33,623 nucleotides of DNA, taken from IMG/VR virus record IMGVR_UViG_3300035698_011402; one strand, 5' to 3'. Every line of letters starts with the position of its first letter. Position 1 is the stretch's first letter. The notes below the pieces were generated by a model that was not told the origin of the DNA, did not search any database, and saw only the letters and a program-made list of their open reading frames with translations. Of this stretch, positions 1-7,962 are shown one piece after another. The DNA comes from a virus. The position numbers and the translations under genes were made by a program.

Positions 1-112
1 AGCCATAGAATGTAAAACGCTCCTACGTTGCTTTGACATCGGAATTTTACGATTTTAGAATAAACATAACTAACAATTTGTCATCAGGCAAATAATTATA
101 TGGAGGAATATT

Positions 113-328
113 ATGCCCGAAGAAATGCCAGAACTTAAGACAACAGAGCCCTTAATGTCAGAGATTATCGAAAAATTAAAAAAAGATGTGGGCATTCTGA
201 AAGTAGAATCAAAAGTTCTAATTAGAACCGTTGATAATTTAATGAAAGATGTTGATGCATTAAAGAAAGATAATGTTGTTTTTTCGATGTCTTTGAAAAG
301 AATATTGGAAAAAATAAATCTGAAATAA
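113..328 (+). CDS. hypothetical small protein (coiled-coil-like, K/E-rich)
   Basis: ORF with GGAGG RBS 8 nt upstream of ATG; TAA stop. Confidence 0.55.
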   Translation: MPEEMPELKTTEPLMSEIIEKLKKDVGILKVESKVLIRTVDNLMKDVDALKKDNVVFSMSLKRILEKINLK

Positions 329-420
329 CGTTTAATTGCGGGTATAATTTAATGGTAGAATCTGTGGTTTCCAACCATATCGTGTCAGTTCGATTCTGAC
401 TACCCGTACCAAGGAGAAAA

Positions 421-627
421 ATGTTTAAATTTGTATATTCTTACGCTGACGGTGAACCCCCTGAAGCAATGTATTCTAAAGCCAATAATATAACTAATGC
501 AAATAATGAATGGTTGCAATTCAATAATAAACATGATAATATTCTTTTAGCAATTTTTAAAAACGAAAAAGAAATATATCACGACAAACGTAATGAAACA
601 GGATATAATTTAAATTATATAAAATAA
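421..627 (+). CDS. hypothetical protein
   Basis: ORF preceded by AAGGAGAAAA RBS; tightly spaced with next gene. Confidence 0.55.
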   Translation: MFKFVYSYADGEPPEAMYSKANNITNANNEWLQFNNKHDNILLAIFKNEKEIYHDKRNETGYNLNYIK

Positions 628-629
628 TT

Positions 630-959
630 ATGAAACTTATTGGACATAGAACAGGATGGGTGAACAAAAAAGGAATGTCTTCCGTACAAATTTGGACATA
701 TTTTAACGCTCAAGACTCCAAATGTCTTGGAACGTTATATATGCCATTGTCTCATATGCAAAATAGTTCGAGTTTTGAAGTTACGGAATCTGATTTTAAA
801 GGATTAGAATTTAGAGAGTCTAATTACCAATACGAACAAATAAATGACAAAGATTCTGATCAAATGAAGAAAGTTAAGCTAGAGAAAAAAAGGATTTATG
901 ATTTATTGCAAGGAGCATTGAAAGAAATAAGATCTTTTAATAGCGTCATAATTGAATAA
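630..959 (+). CDS. hypothetical protein
   Basis: ORF starts 3 nt after previous stop (operon-like packing). Confidence 0.5.
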   Translation: MKLIGHRTGWVNKKGMSSVQIWTYFNAQDSKCLGTLYMPLSHMQNSSSFEVTESDFKGLEFRESNYQYEQINDKDSDQMKKVKLEKKRIYDLLQGALKEIRSFNSVIIE

Positions 960-963
960 ATAC

Positions 964-1046
964 GACAGTACGGCGGGGACGGTCCCCGGAGGCAACCCGC
1001 AGCAATGCGGACCTCGTGAACATGGTTCGACTCCATGGGCTGTCGC
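964..1046 (+). ncRNA. tRNA-like RNA lacking a canonical anticodon loop (7-bp acceptor stem, consensus T-arm CATGG-TTCGACT-CCATG, anticodon-arm analog capped by GCAA GNRA tetraloop, no encoded CCA)
   Basis: Hand fold: CGACAGT(963-969) pairs GCTGTCG(1039-1045); hairpin CGGGGA-CGG-TCCCCG; hairpin CCGCA-GCAA-TGCGG; T-loop TTCGACT with G53:C61. Confidence 0.45.
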
Positions 1047-1111
1047 TTTAAATAATAAATCTTGCAATGCTATCAGTCTATGGTATATTACGATAATTGT
1101 AATGGAGAAAC

Positions 1112-1342
1112 ATGGATAAAGATCACGATAACGATGGAGAATGGTATGAAAAATGGCTTTCTGAAAGAATTCCTTTAGAAACAGATTGGGATTACCTTTG
1201 GTACAACGTTATGGTTTTGCAAGGGAAGTCTAGAGAAGAAATAGATAAGTCAAAAATAGAATACTTCATGGAAAGCGATAAAGCATTTGAAGAAAGATTT
1301 GGGAAAATTGATTTTTCAAAAATACCAGTATGGGAACCATAA
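1112..1342 (+). CDS. hypothetical protein
   Basis: ORF with GGAGAAACATG RBS. Confidence 0.55.
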   Translation: MDKDHDNDGEWYEKWLSERIPLETDWDYLWYNVMVLQGKSREEIDKSKIEYFMESDKAFEERFGKIDFSKIPVWEP

Positions 1343-1362
1343 TTGTTAATCGGGAGAAAATA

Positions 1363-1809
1363 ATGAGTCTATACGATGAAATGAAACAACGAATTATTGA
1401 ATGTATGAAAAATGGACACTCGACAGAGCGTGATGTTTTAAGAACTCTGATCGGAGAAATCCAATCTAAGTCTGTTAGTACTGGAAAAGATATTAGTGAT
1501 GAAATTGTCGAAAAAACTTTAATCTCATTTAAATCAAACGCAGAAGAGTGCGTAAAACATATTGATTCTTCTGCGTTTCTGTCAGACTCTTTGGATTATA
1601 TGTTTGAGATTGATATTTACAATAAGTATCTTCCGCAATATGAAACTGTAGAGAGTATAATCGAGTTATTGTCTCCTAATATTGAACAATTGAAATCTGC
1701 TAAGTCTGATGGTCCCGCTACAGGAATGGCAATGGGGATTTTGAAAAAGTCAGGAGCTAAGGTTCAGGGCAAAGAAGTTTCGGAGGCTGTAAAGACAATT
1801 AGGTCATAA
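1363..1809 (+). CDS. GatB/YqeY-domain protein
   Basis: From ATG 1363 with GGGAGAAAATAATG RBS: MSLYDEMKQ...LRTLIGEIQ...YLPQ...GMAMGILKK pattern matches YqeY/GatB C-terminal domain family (about 149 aa like B. subtilis YqeY); track ORF 1330 probably starts too early. Confidence 0.65.
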   Translation: MSLYDEMKQRIIECMKNGHSTERDVLRTLIGEIQSKSVSTGKDISDEIVEKTLISFKSNAEECVKHIDSSAFLSDSLDYMFEIDIYNKYLPQYETVESIIELLSPNIEQLKSAKSDGPATGMAMGILKKSGAKVQGKEVSEAVKTIRS

Positions 1810-2119
1810 AAATATTAGTACCAGATTTTTCACCTAGAAAAGAAGGGGAACCCACATTTACCGAGTTCTTCAATTCTCCTGAAGTTTTAAAAAGAAGACA
1901 ACAATTGGTAGATGCAATGGAAGAAGAATTTAAAGAGACATGCAGAAAGTTTGATGAAATATATATTCAAGCTGTGATTGCAGCGAATAAGAGAAATAGC
2001 ACTGCTGGTATACCTCAGTTGGAAGAGGAATGACAATGTGATTGTAAATAAAAAGAAGGAAAGCCGTAAACGCATATCGAACTATTAGTATAAGACAAGA
2101 ATACCAATAAGGAGGTTCA

Positions 2120-2764
2120 ATGATGCGAAAAGGCATGAGTTATTCGGAAGCAGGCAAAAAGGGATATTTGGCAAGTGTGTCAAAAATTAAAGAGAATGCA
2201 AAAAGAAAAAAAGAAGACTACAACAAAAGTCCTAAGAGATGTAAATATTGCAATTTAAAAATTTCTTTTGAAAAGAAACAATTAAAGTTTTGTAATCATT
2301 CATGTTCTGCATCATATAACAATCGTGGGATAAGGAGACATGGCAAAGAACCATCAACATGTCTATTTTGTGGCGAAAAACTTTCTAATTCTGTTAAGAA
2401 ATATTGTGGGTTAGATTGTCTTTCTAAATACAGATGGAACCAAACAAAAGAAAAAATAAGAAATGGTGTTTATCATTATGGGTTTTCTACGGGTAATCAA
2501 ACGCTTAAAAAGTTTTTAATTGAAGAAAGAGGATACAAGTGTGAGCAGTGTGGATTATCAGAGTGGCTAGGGGAAATTATACCATTGGTATGTGATCATA
2601 TAAGCGGTGATTCATCTGACAGTCGAGTTGAAAATCTAAGAATTATTTGCAATAACTGTGATTCTATCAGTTCAACTTATAAAGGGAGAAACAGAGGAAA
2701 AGGAAGAGCCGCAAGAAGATTGTATCGTAAGGAATACGAAAAGGAACATGGTTTTTATTATTAA
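2120..2764 (+). CDS. HNH homing endonuclease (Cys-rich, C-terminal HNH motif)
   Basis: CEQCG...LVCDHISGD...NLRIICNNCD HNH core plus several CxxC pairs; AAGGAGG RBS. Confidence 0.75.
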   Translation: MMRKGMSYSEAGKKGYLASVSKIKENAKRKKEDYNKSPKRCKYCNLKISFEKKQLKFCNHSCSASYNNRGIRRHGKEPSTCLFCGEKLSNSVKKYCGLDCLSKYRWNQTKEKIRNGVYHYGFSTGNQTLKKFLIEERGYKCEQCGLSEWLGEIIPLVCDHISGDSSDSRVENLRIICNNCDSISSTYKGRNRGKGRAARRLYRKEYEKEHGFYY

Positions 2765-2772
2765 GGAGACAT

Positions 2773-2967
2773 ATGGAAACAGTAACATTAGATGAAAAAT
2801 GGACAGAAGTATTGAAAGGAATGCCAGAAACAGGAATGGGATTTCAGCATGTCACTATTGCCTTTTCAGAAGGTGATTCATTTGACGGAACCGTGTTAAA
2901 CGGAAAATTTCTTTTAAATGGAGATGGATTACAACTGGACAAGATTCAAGACATAAAGACAAGATAA
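2773..2967 (+). CDS. hypothetical protein
   Basis: ORF with AAGGAGACATATG RBS. Confidence 0.5.
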   Translation: METVTLDEKWTEVLKGMPETGMGFQHVTIAFSEGDSFDGTVLNGKFLLNGDGLQLDKIQDIKTR

Positions 2968-2973
2968 AAGTAT

Positions 2974-3092
2974 GCGGAGGTAGCTCAATTGGAAGAGCAC
3001 GTTAATGTACAACCTGTATTGAGGTTGTCTACAGCAATTAAAAATGCCTTATAAGCACGTGGTTGTAGGTTCGAGTCCTGCCCTCCGCACCA
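2974..3092 (+). tRNA. tRNA with non-canonical ~45-nt insertion between D-arm and T-arm (119 nt incl. encoded CCA); isotype unresolved
   Basis: Perfect 7-bp acceptor GCGGAGG/CCTCCGC + A + CCA; D-arm TAGCTCAATTGGAAGAGC; T-arm GTAGG-TTCGAGT-CCTGC; anticodon stem candidate CACGT/ACGTG encloses 52 nt containing a 7-bp hairpin ACAACCT-GTATTG-AGGTTGT. Confidence 0.5.
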
Positions 3093-3103
3093 TAATTTAA
3101 TAT

Positions 3104-3180
3104 CCGCCGGTAGCTCAGTTGGTAGTAGCATCTGACTTTTAATCAGAGGGTCGTGGGTTCGATCCCCACCCGACGGACCA
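3104..3180 (+). tRNA. tRNA-Lys(UUU)
   Basis: Cloverleaf by hand: acceptor CCGCCGG/CCGACGG (one C-A mismatch), D-arm TAGCTCAGTTGGTAGTAGC, anticodon stem TCTGA/TCAGA with loop CTTTTAA (U33, anticodon TTT, A37), T-arm GTGGG-TTCGATC-CCCAC, encoded CCA. Confidence 0.8.
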
Positions 3181-3185
3181 TTTTA

Positions 3186-3297
3186 GGATTGAGATAGCTC
3201 AATGGTAGAGCACTCTATGTAAGAATCAGTCATATATGGGAAACCTGTGATTGGACATAACAGGAGATATCAGGTTCGAATCCTGTCTTCGTCACCA
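3186..3297 (+). tRNA. tRNA-like gene with insertion / possibly degenerate (good D-arm and T-arm, 3' CTTCGTC-A-CCA, but no 5' acceptor partner found)
   Basis: D-arm TAGCTCAATGGTAGAGC at 3195-3212; T-arm TCAGG-TTCGAAT-CCTGT then CTTCGTCACCA; about 70 nt instead of about 27 nt between D-arm and T-arm; 5' strand GGATTGA is not complementary to the 3' strand. Confidence 0.35.
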
Positions 3298-3316
3298 CCG
3301 TCACCATCGTAACCAT

Positions 3317-3393
3317 GCATCAGTAGCTCAATTGGTTAGAGCCCCTGCTTGCCAAGCAGGAGATTGAGAGTTCGAGTCTCTTCTGATGCTCCA
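3317..3393 (+). tRNA. tRNA-Gly(GCC)
   Basis: Acceptor GCATCAG/CTGATGC + U + CCA; D-arm TAGCTCAATTGGTTAGAGC; anticodon stem CCTGC/GCAGG loop TTGCCAA (anticodon GCC); T-arm AGAG-TTCGAGT-CTCT. Confidence 0.85.
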
Positions 3394-3403
3394 AATTTAA
3401 ATA

Positions 3404-3431
3404 TTGACCATTGGTAATTCAATGGTATAAT
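3404..3431 (+). promoter_or_regulatory. sigma70-type promoter TTGACC-16-TATAAT
   Basis: Near-consensus -35 (3404-3409) and perfect -10 (3426-3431), 16-nt spacer, directly downstream of tRNA cluster and upstream of next CDS. Confidence 0.6.
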
Positions 3432-3464
3432 AGACCCTTAACAATAGAAACTAAGGGATATCCA

Positions 3465-3782
3465 ATGAACGACGCAAACGACAAAGTCTCGAAGGCTGTT
3501 ACCGATAAAGCCTTCACCGCTTGGCGAAAAGATGCCGACAGAAGAGCAATTGATGGCTTTAAAAGAAGTGCAGCCAATTTTGCTAATCCAGACATTCAGA
3601 CCGAAACACAAGGTCCAATACAAATAAGAACCTGCAAAAATGGTCATAGATGGGAATTACAACGAATGTTTCGTAGAGATCCCGAGGCAACGTACCCTTT
3701 TGAGGGGAACTCTTGGACGGATGGAAGTTTGACATGTCCTGAGTGTGGAGAATATGCCGTTAGTAGCACAACAAAGGAGTAA
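3465..3782 (+). CDS. small zinc-ribbon protein
   Basis: Start moved to ATG 3465 with AAGGGA RBS (track ORF start at 3411 overlaps the promoter); C-terminal CKNGH...CPECGEY motif. Confidence 0.55.
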   Translation: MNDANDKVSKAVTDKAFTAWRKDADRRAIDGFKRSAANFANPDIQTETQGPIQIRTCKNGHRWELQRMFRRDPEATYPFEGNSWTDGSLTCPECGEYAVSSTTKE

Positions 3783-3918
3783 TCTATGGCAAAGCTAATA
3801 TTTGAAAATTTAACATCAGATAACTTCTTAAAAGATGGAGAAGTTATTGAAAAAGAAATTGATACGATTAAAGATTTTGCAATGGATGATTGTGATATAT
3901 TAATTTAAGGTAATAATT

Positions 3919-4554
3919 ATGAGAGAATTTAAAGAATATGAAAAAGTAAACTCCGTCATTGCGTCAATGCATGAGATACTGAATGTAAATTCACACATTG
4001 ATCGCATATGGAGCAAAGAACAAGAAACTTATGAATTCTTCAAGGATGGAAAGTTGTTTCTTCAGTGGGGTCCGTGGGAGATGAATAATAATTTTAATGA
4101 CCCTGACAGATACTTTCTAGTTTTAAAAGATGGAGATTCAAAAGATTGGGGAAAGTTCTTTTTCAGGGATTGGTACGATTTTACTTCCGAAGAGGTTAAA
4201 CAGCAAATGTCTCTTCTTCTTGGGGAAGATTACACCATCAAGACTCATTTTGACTTTATCAAAGAGATTCTAGATAAAGTCGATACAAAGACATATCATG
4301 AGTTGGATAACTACGATTTTGAAAGTCTAGTCCATTTGGTTTACGGACATAATTATGAATTTGTCGCAGATGTAGAATGCGGTAATGATTCCAGCCATAC
4401 TTTCAGTGTTGACGGGGAAGTATATGATACGAATGGCGTAGAGGCATTTAAGACAACGGGACGTTATTCTTATCTTGCTGGCGACCTTTTGAACGATCTA
4501 GCTGCTCAAGGTACGCTCCCTAAGGGCGAATGGATAATCGGGGTATGCTGGTAA
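3919..4554 (+). CDS. hypothetical protein
   Basis: 211-aa ORF, TAA stop. Confidence 0.55.
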   Translation: MREFKEYEKVNSVIASMHEILNVNSHIDRIWSKEQETYEFFKDGKLFLQWGPWEMNNNFNDPDRYFLVLKDGDSKDWGKFFFRDWYDFTSEEVKQQMSLLLGEDYTIKTHFDFIKEILDKVDTKTYHELDNYDFESLVHLVYGHNYEFVADVECGNDSSHTFSVDGEVYDTNGVEAFKTTGRYSYLAGDLLNDLAAQGTLPKGEWIIGVCW

Positions 4555-4663
4555 TAATGACTTTACATTTTTGGGATATTTGGTATTGTATAAACATAAT
4601 TTAAATGCGGGTGGCTTCGGAGAAAGCGTTATGGAGGACAACCTTCACACTCGCTCCATTTAA

Positions 4664-4740
4664 GGGCCTTTAGCTCAGTTGGTTAGAGCACTGGACTCAT
4701 AATCCATGCGTCGGGGGTTCGAGTCCCTCAAGGCCCACCA
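4664..4740 (+). tRNA. tRNA-Met(CAU) (elongator/initiator/Ile-lysidine not distinguished)
   Basis: Acceptor GGGCCTT/AAGGCCC + A + CCA; D-arm TAGCTCAGTTGGTTAGAGC; anticodon stem CTGGA/TCCAT loop CTCATAA (anticodon CAT); T-arm CGGGG-TTCGAGT-CCCTC. Confidence 0.85.
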
Positions 4741-4769
4741 ATTTAATAGAAAAGGATAGAGAAATAATC

Positions 4770-5162
4770 ATGAAAAAAGAGATAATTGAAAAAATCAACA
4801 AAGCGTGTCCTTACGGACAGGGCGTATTCTTTCAGCCTTGGGGAATTCCTGATGGCATCAAAGAACATGTTATTTATTCATCCTATACGACAGGTGGAGT
4901 AAATGGCGGGAGTTGTTGGGAGAGTAGTGATCCTCAGCCATTTCATGAACCTATGCCAAAAGACCACATGAAGGTTCTTGATATTGTACTCACAGAAATT
5001 TCTCCAGATATTTCTTTTTTACAGTATAAAAAAATACAGAATCTCATTAAGTCCAATACAGAATCGCAATGGGAATACTACGGTAATTATACAGATGAAG
5101 TTATAGAATATATCTTAGTGTCCGACTTAGAAAAACTATTGGAAGAATTAAACAAAAAGTAG
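4770..5162 (+). CDS. hypothetical protein
   Basis: ORF; TAG stop followed by in-frame TGA 3 codons later. Confidence 0.55.
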   Translation: MKKEIIEKINKACPYGQGVFFQPWGIPDGIKEHVIYSSYTTGGVNGGSCWESSDPQPFHEPMPKDHMKVLDIVLTEISPDISFLQYKKIQNLIKSNTESQWEYYGNYTDEVIEYILVSDLEKLLEELNKK

Positions 5163-5170
5163 GTAAAACT

Positions 5171-5362
5171 ATGAACGGGTTTTTTACAAAAGGTGTTACT
5201 TCATTATATTGCCCATCATGCATTAAGAAGCCGAAGGGTGTGTTGTTCTCAATGCCTGTATCAAAATTGGCATTCCATTTAGGAATCCAAAAATACAAAT
5301 GCGATAAATGTCATCAAGATTTCGTAGAAAAGGTTGACCGTGACAATCTTTGCGTGCTTTAA
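5171..5362 (+). CDS. small Cys-containing protein
   Basis: ORF, CPSC...CDKCHQ pairs. Confidence 0.45.
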   Translation: MNGFFTKGVTSLYCPSCIKKPKGVLFSMPVSKLAFHLGIQKYKCDKCHQDFVEKVDRDNLCVL

Positions 5363-5389
5363 GAAATTATGAAAGGTAGGAAAACATAA

Positions 5390-5809
5390 ATGTTTGAACG
5401 ACTAACCATCTCCATAGACGGTAATGACTCTACTGAATTTTTTACAAGTTCAGGACTACATCTTGCAACAGGCTATGTTCGAATAGTTATTGGTGGTCGT
5501 GGACCATACATAGAATTTTCGAATGAACAAATTTTGATGGAGAACATTTATGTACCTTCTGACAAAAAGCATAGACTAAACAATTATGCACTATTCTATG
5601 ATGAATGGCGGTCTAGATGTGATTCTAACGTAAAACTATATCATCAAAAGAATACAGTCAGTTATGCGGATTACCTTATTGGAATGTGGTATATCTGTCC
5701 TACGCTCCTAAGCACTCCTGACATTTCTCAACTTCTATCAGAATACGAGGATATTGAACCCGAAGCGGACACAATAGAAGAAATGACATTATTTGACCTT
5801 CTTTACTAA
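5390..5809 (+). CDS. hypothetical protein
   Basis: ORF with AAAGGTAGGAAAACATAAATG RBS region. Confidence 0.5.
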   Translation: MFERLTISIDGNDSTEFFTSSGLHLATGYVRIVIGGRGPYIEFSNEQILMENIYVPSDKKHRLNNYALFYDEWRSRCDSNVKLYHQKNTVSYADYLIGMWYICPTLLSTPDISQLLSEYEDIEPEADTIEEMTLFDLLY

Positions 5810-5816
5810 TTTTAGC

Positions 5817-5844
5817 TTGCTCATGATATATCTTGTTGTATAAT
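5817..5844 (+). promoter_or_regulatory. sigma70-type promoter TTGCTC-16-TATAAT
   Basis: Perfect -10 at 5839-5844 with -35-like hexamer and 16-nt spacer, just upstream of membrane-protein ORF. Confidence 0.45.
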
Positions 5845-5851
5845 AGATGAC

Positions 5852-6142
5852 ATGAAGTCAAAATTGAAAATATTAGATTACCTATGGAAATATTTCTTTT
5901 TTTGGATAGTTGCCTCCATTTTTTATGTTTTACAGATGACCTTGATAAGCATAGTATCTCTAGTATCTTTTATTATGTATGTTATTCTTTATGTTGTGAC
6001 ATTTCCATCTGAAAGAAGAGAAGGTTCGGAGTTACCATTCTTTCAAGGATTATTCGGATTGCTTTTTGATCATGTATTCTACACGATATGTTGTCATCGC
6101 GAGGCATGCATAAACTGCGGATTTATTGAAGAGGAATGGTAA
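5852..6142 (+). CDS. small integral membrane protein
   Basis: Two long hydrophobic stretches (FFFWIVASIFYVLQMTLISIVSLVSFIMYVILYVV). Confidence 0.55.
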   Translation: MKSKLKILDYLWKYFFFWIVASIFYVLQMTLISIVSLVSFIMYVILYVVTFPSERREGSELPFFQGLFGLLFDHVFYTICCHREACINCGFIEEEW

Positions 6143-6322
6143 GTGACTAACAAGTATAAATGTAAGCATTGCGGCAAAACAGTAATCCGAGAAAGTGACA
6201 AATTTTGGATTCGTTCATACTGTAGTGAAACAGGAAAAACGACCCGATTAATGTGGCAATCATCATGGAACGGAGAATATGAAAGAACAAAACGATCCAA
6301 AACTAAGAAAAAATCCATTTGA
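6143..6322 (+). CDS. possible small zinc-ribbon protein (GTG start)
   Basis: GTG directly after previous stop with GAGGAA RBS; CKHCGK...C motif; below track size cutoff, so only weakly supported. Confidence 0.3.
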   Translation: MTNKYKCKHCGKTVIRESDKFWIRSYCSETGKTTRLMWQSSWNGEYERTKRSKTKKKSI

Positions 6323-6369
6323 AGATGACCTTATGGCACTTCAGCGATTAGGCAAACGAGGAGTAACTA

Positions 6370-6840
6370 ATGTATATTAAAGATGGTGAAGCATCAGATT
6401 ATGGTCAACCTTTTGAGCATGCATATGCTTGGGGATGGTTGGGAAAGAAAGTCGAATCTCACGGATGGGACTCAACTTTAGAGAAAAAGGTTGTGATTTC
6501 TGTTCTTAATAAAATAGATCAAGAATTCCATTGTGGGCGTACTAGAGGATGTCACAGCTGTGAAATTTGCGGTGAGGCTATGGGGAATGCTGAGATTAAG
6601 ATATCTCATAATGGCAAAATATTTACGTGTCCAAGTCAAGTAGTTCATTACATAGAAGCTCATGACTATTGTCCTCCTGAAGAAGTTCGTGATGCGTTGG
6701 CAGAAGGAGTTCTTCTAAAAGACGAGGACATGATGCCTAATTGGGATTTGAAATTGGATGATGAAGCATTTATAGTAGCTAGAGACAAGAAGCTAAAAGA
6801 AGTTTTGGCAGATGGAATGACAAAACCTAGGAGATTCTAA
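6370..6840 (+). CDS. hypothetical Cys/His-rich protein
   Basis: ORF, HCGRTRGCHSCEICGE...HYIEAHDYCPPEE. Confidence 0.55.
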   Translation: MYIKDGEASDYGQPFEHAYAWGWLGKKVESHGWDSTLEKKVVISVLNKIDQEFHCGRTRGCHSCEICGEAMGNAEIKISHNGKIFTCPSQVVHYIEAHDYCPPEEVRDALAEGVLLKDEDMMPNWDLKLDDEAFIVARDKKLKEVLADGMTKPRRF

Positions 6841-7224
6841 ATGCCATTAGAAATACAATGGAAAACGTGGGAAGAGCAGGGCGAGCTAAAGCGTGAAATA
6901 AAAGGTTGGATCGATACAGGTAATAATCGAAAAGATTTAGTTGACACCATCTCCAGTGAAAACCCTGAAAAATGGACTAGAAAAGAGATTCATCAAGCAA
7001 TTACCGAGCTTAAGAAAGATTTACTTATCTCTCATTGCGGTGGAGACTATTTTAAAGTCACAGAATGGGCTTGTGACGCACTTCATCATGCTACAGGATG
7101 TAAGTCCTACCGTAAAGCCTTAGAGCGTCTAAGGGATGCTAGAGTCTATCATAAAGACATGGAGTCTTACGGTATTCTTAGAACCGAAGAAGAAACGGCT
7201 AAAATCAAAGCAGACCGAGCCTAG
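6841..7224 (+). CDS. hypothetical protein
   Basis: ORF begins at the ATG that overlaps the previous gene's TAA (TAAATG junction); 20-bp junction sequence repeated at both ends. Confidence 0.55.
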   Translation: MPLEIQWKTWEEQGELKREIKGWIDTGNNRKDLVDTISSENPEKWTRKEIHQAITELKKDLLISHCGGDYFKVTEWACDALHHATGCKSYRKALERLRDARVYHKDMESYGILRTEEETAKIKADRA

Positions 7225-7234
7225 GAGATTCTAA

Positions 7235-7432
7235 ATGCCTGAAGATAAATGCGGAATGAAATGGACACGACAATATGACATCAACTCAGGTCATATTGAA
7301 TACGAACCATCTACTCTGTGCGGAGAGGACACCTGCATGGACGAATGTTATAAATATTGGACATTCTGTCCTTATTGCGGAAAGGCTTTTGATTATAAAT
7401 ACCCCAGTGAACCAATACATGAACTAACATAG
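7235..7432 (+). CDS. small Cys-rich protein
   Basis: ORF with multiple Cys pairs. Confidence 0.45.
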   Translation: MPEDKCGMKWTRQYDINSGHIEYEPSTLCGEDTCMDECYKYWTFCPYCGKAFDYKYPSEPIHELT

Positions 7433-7442
7433 GAGAACTGCC

Positions 7443-7706
7443 ATGCGAAAAACTAAGATTACTATGGACGGAACAAATTACATTCACTGCATCCATGAGA
7501 AGTTGACTACAAATAAACATTTTGAGTTTCAGTGGGGCAGATTTGACGAGGATGATAATCAGATTTTCGCTACTGAATGTAGGTGGACAACAAAGATGGA
7601 CCATGCGGGACTAGAGATCCATATGGAACTTTTGAGATGGCATGTAAGACTAGCTATATACGATTGTCGTCACTGGGACGATGACAATGATTGTTACGAT
7701 TGTTAA
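7443..7706 (+). CDS. hypothetical protein
   Basis: ORF, 4-nt overlap-style packing. Confidence 0.5.
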   Translation: MRKTKITMDGTNYIHCIHEKLTTNKHFEFQWGRFDEDDNQIFATECRWTTKMDHAGLEIHMELLRWHVRLAIYDCRHWDDDNDCYDC

Positions 7707-7714
7707 GATTACTA

Positions 7715-7742
7715 TTGACATTGATTGAACGTTCCCTATAAT
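7715..7742 (+). promoter_or_regulatory. consensus sigma70 promoter TTGACA-16-TATAAT
   Basis: Perfect -35 (7715-7720) and perfect -10 (7737-7742) with 16-nt spacer, 25 nt upstream of an ORF that has an AAGGAG RBS. Confidence 0.65.
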
Positions 7743-7767
7743 TGGGAACAATACAAGGAGAAATACA

Positions 7768-7962
7768 ATGAAGACCGTAGCACTTGAAGATATATATGTC
7801 TCAACTATTTTGACATTTTGCGAGAATGCAGCCGAACTTGGATGCCCTCGGGACAAAGACGTTGATATGTGGTTCAGGGAACTCTCTCTCGAAGATGCCA
7901 GAAAAGTGGCTCAAAAAATGTTTGACATTGAAGAAAGACAAAGTAATGAATTACAATCCTAA
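7768..7962 (+). CDS. hypothetical protein
   Basis: ORF with CAAGGAGAAATACAATG RBS. Confidence 0.55.
   Translation: MKTVALEDIYVSTILTFCENAAELGCPRDKDVDMWFRELSLEDARKVAQKMFDIEERQSNELQS

Noticed and set aside
1800-2033. Possible TAG-readthrough extension or extra gene between the YqeY-like gene and the HNH gene (open frame 1803-2033, PDFSPRKEGEPTFTEFF...)
   Set aside because: The frame differs from the upstream gene, has no start with an RBS before an internal ATG at 1914 (40 codons), and shows no recognisable similarity. The evidence is insufficient.
4600-4660. Extra structured element upstream of tRNA-Met (hairpin ATGGAG-N17-CTCCAT)
   Set aside because: Only one modest stem and no tRNA features. 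It may be a processing site or weak terminator, and is too uncertain to call.
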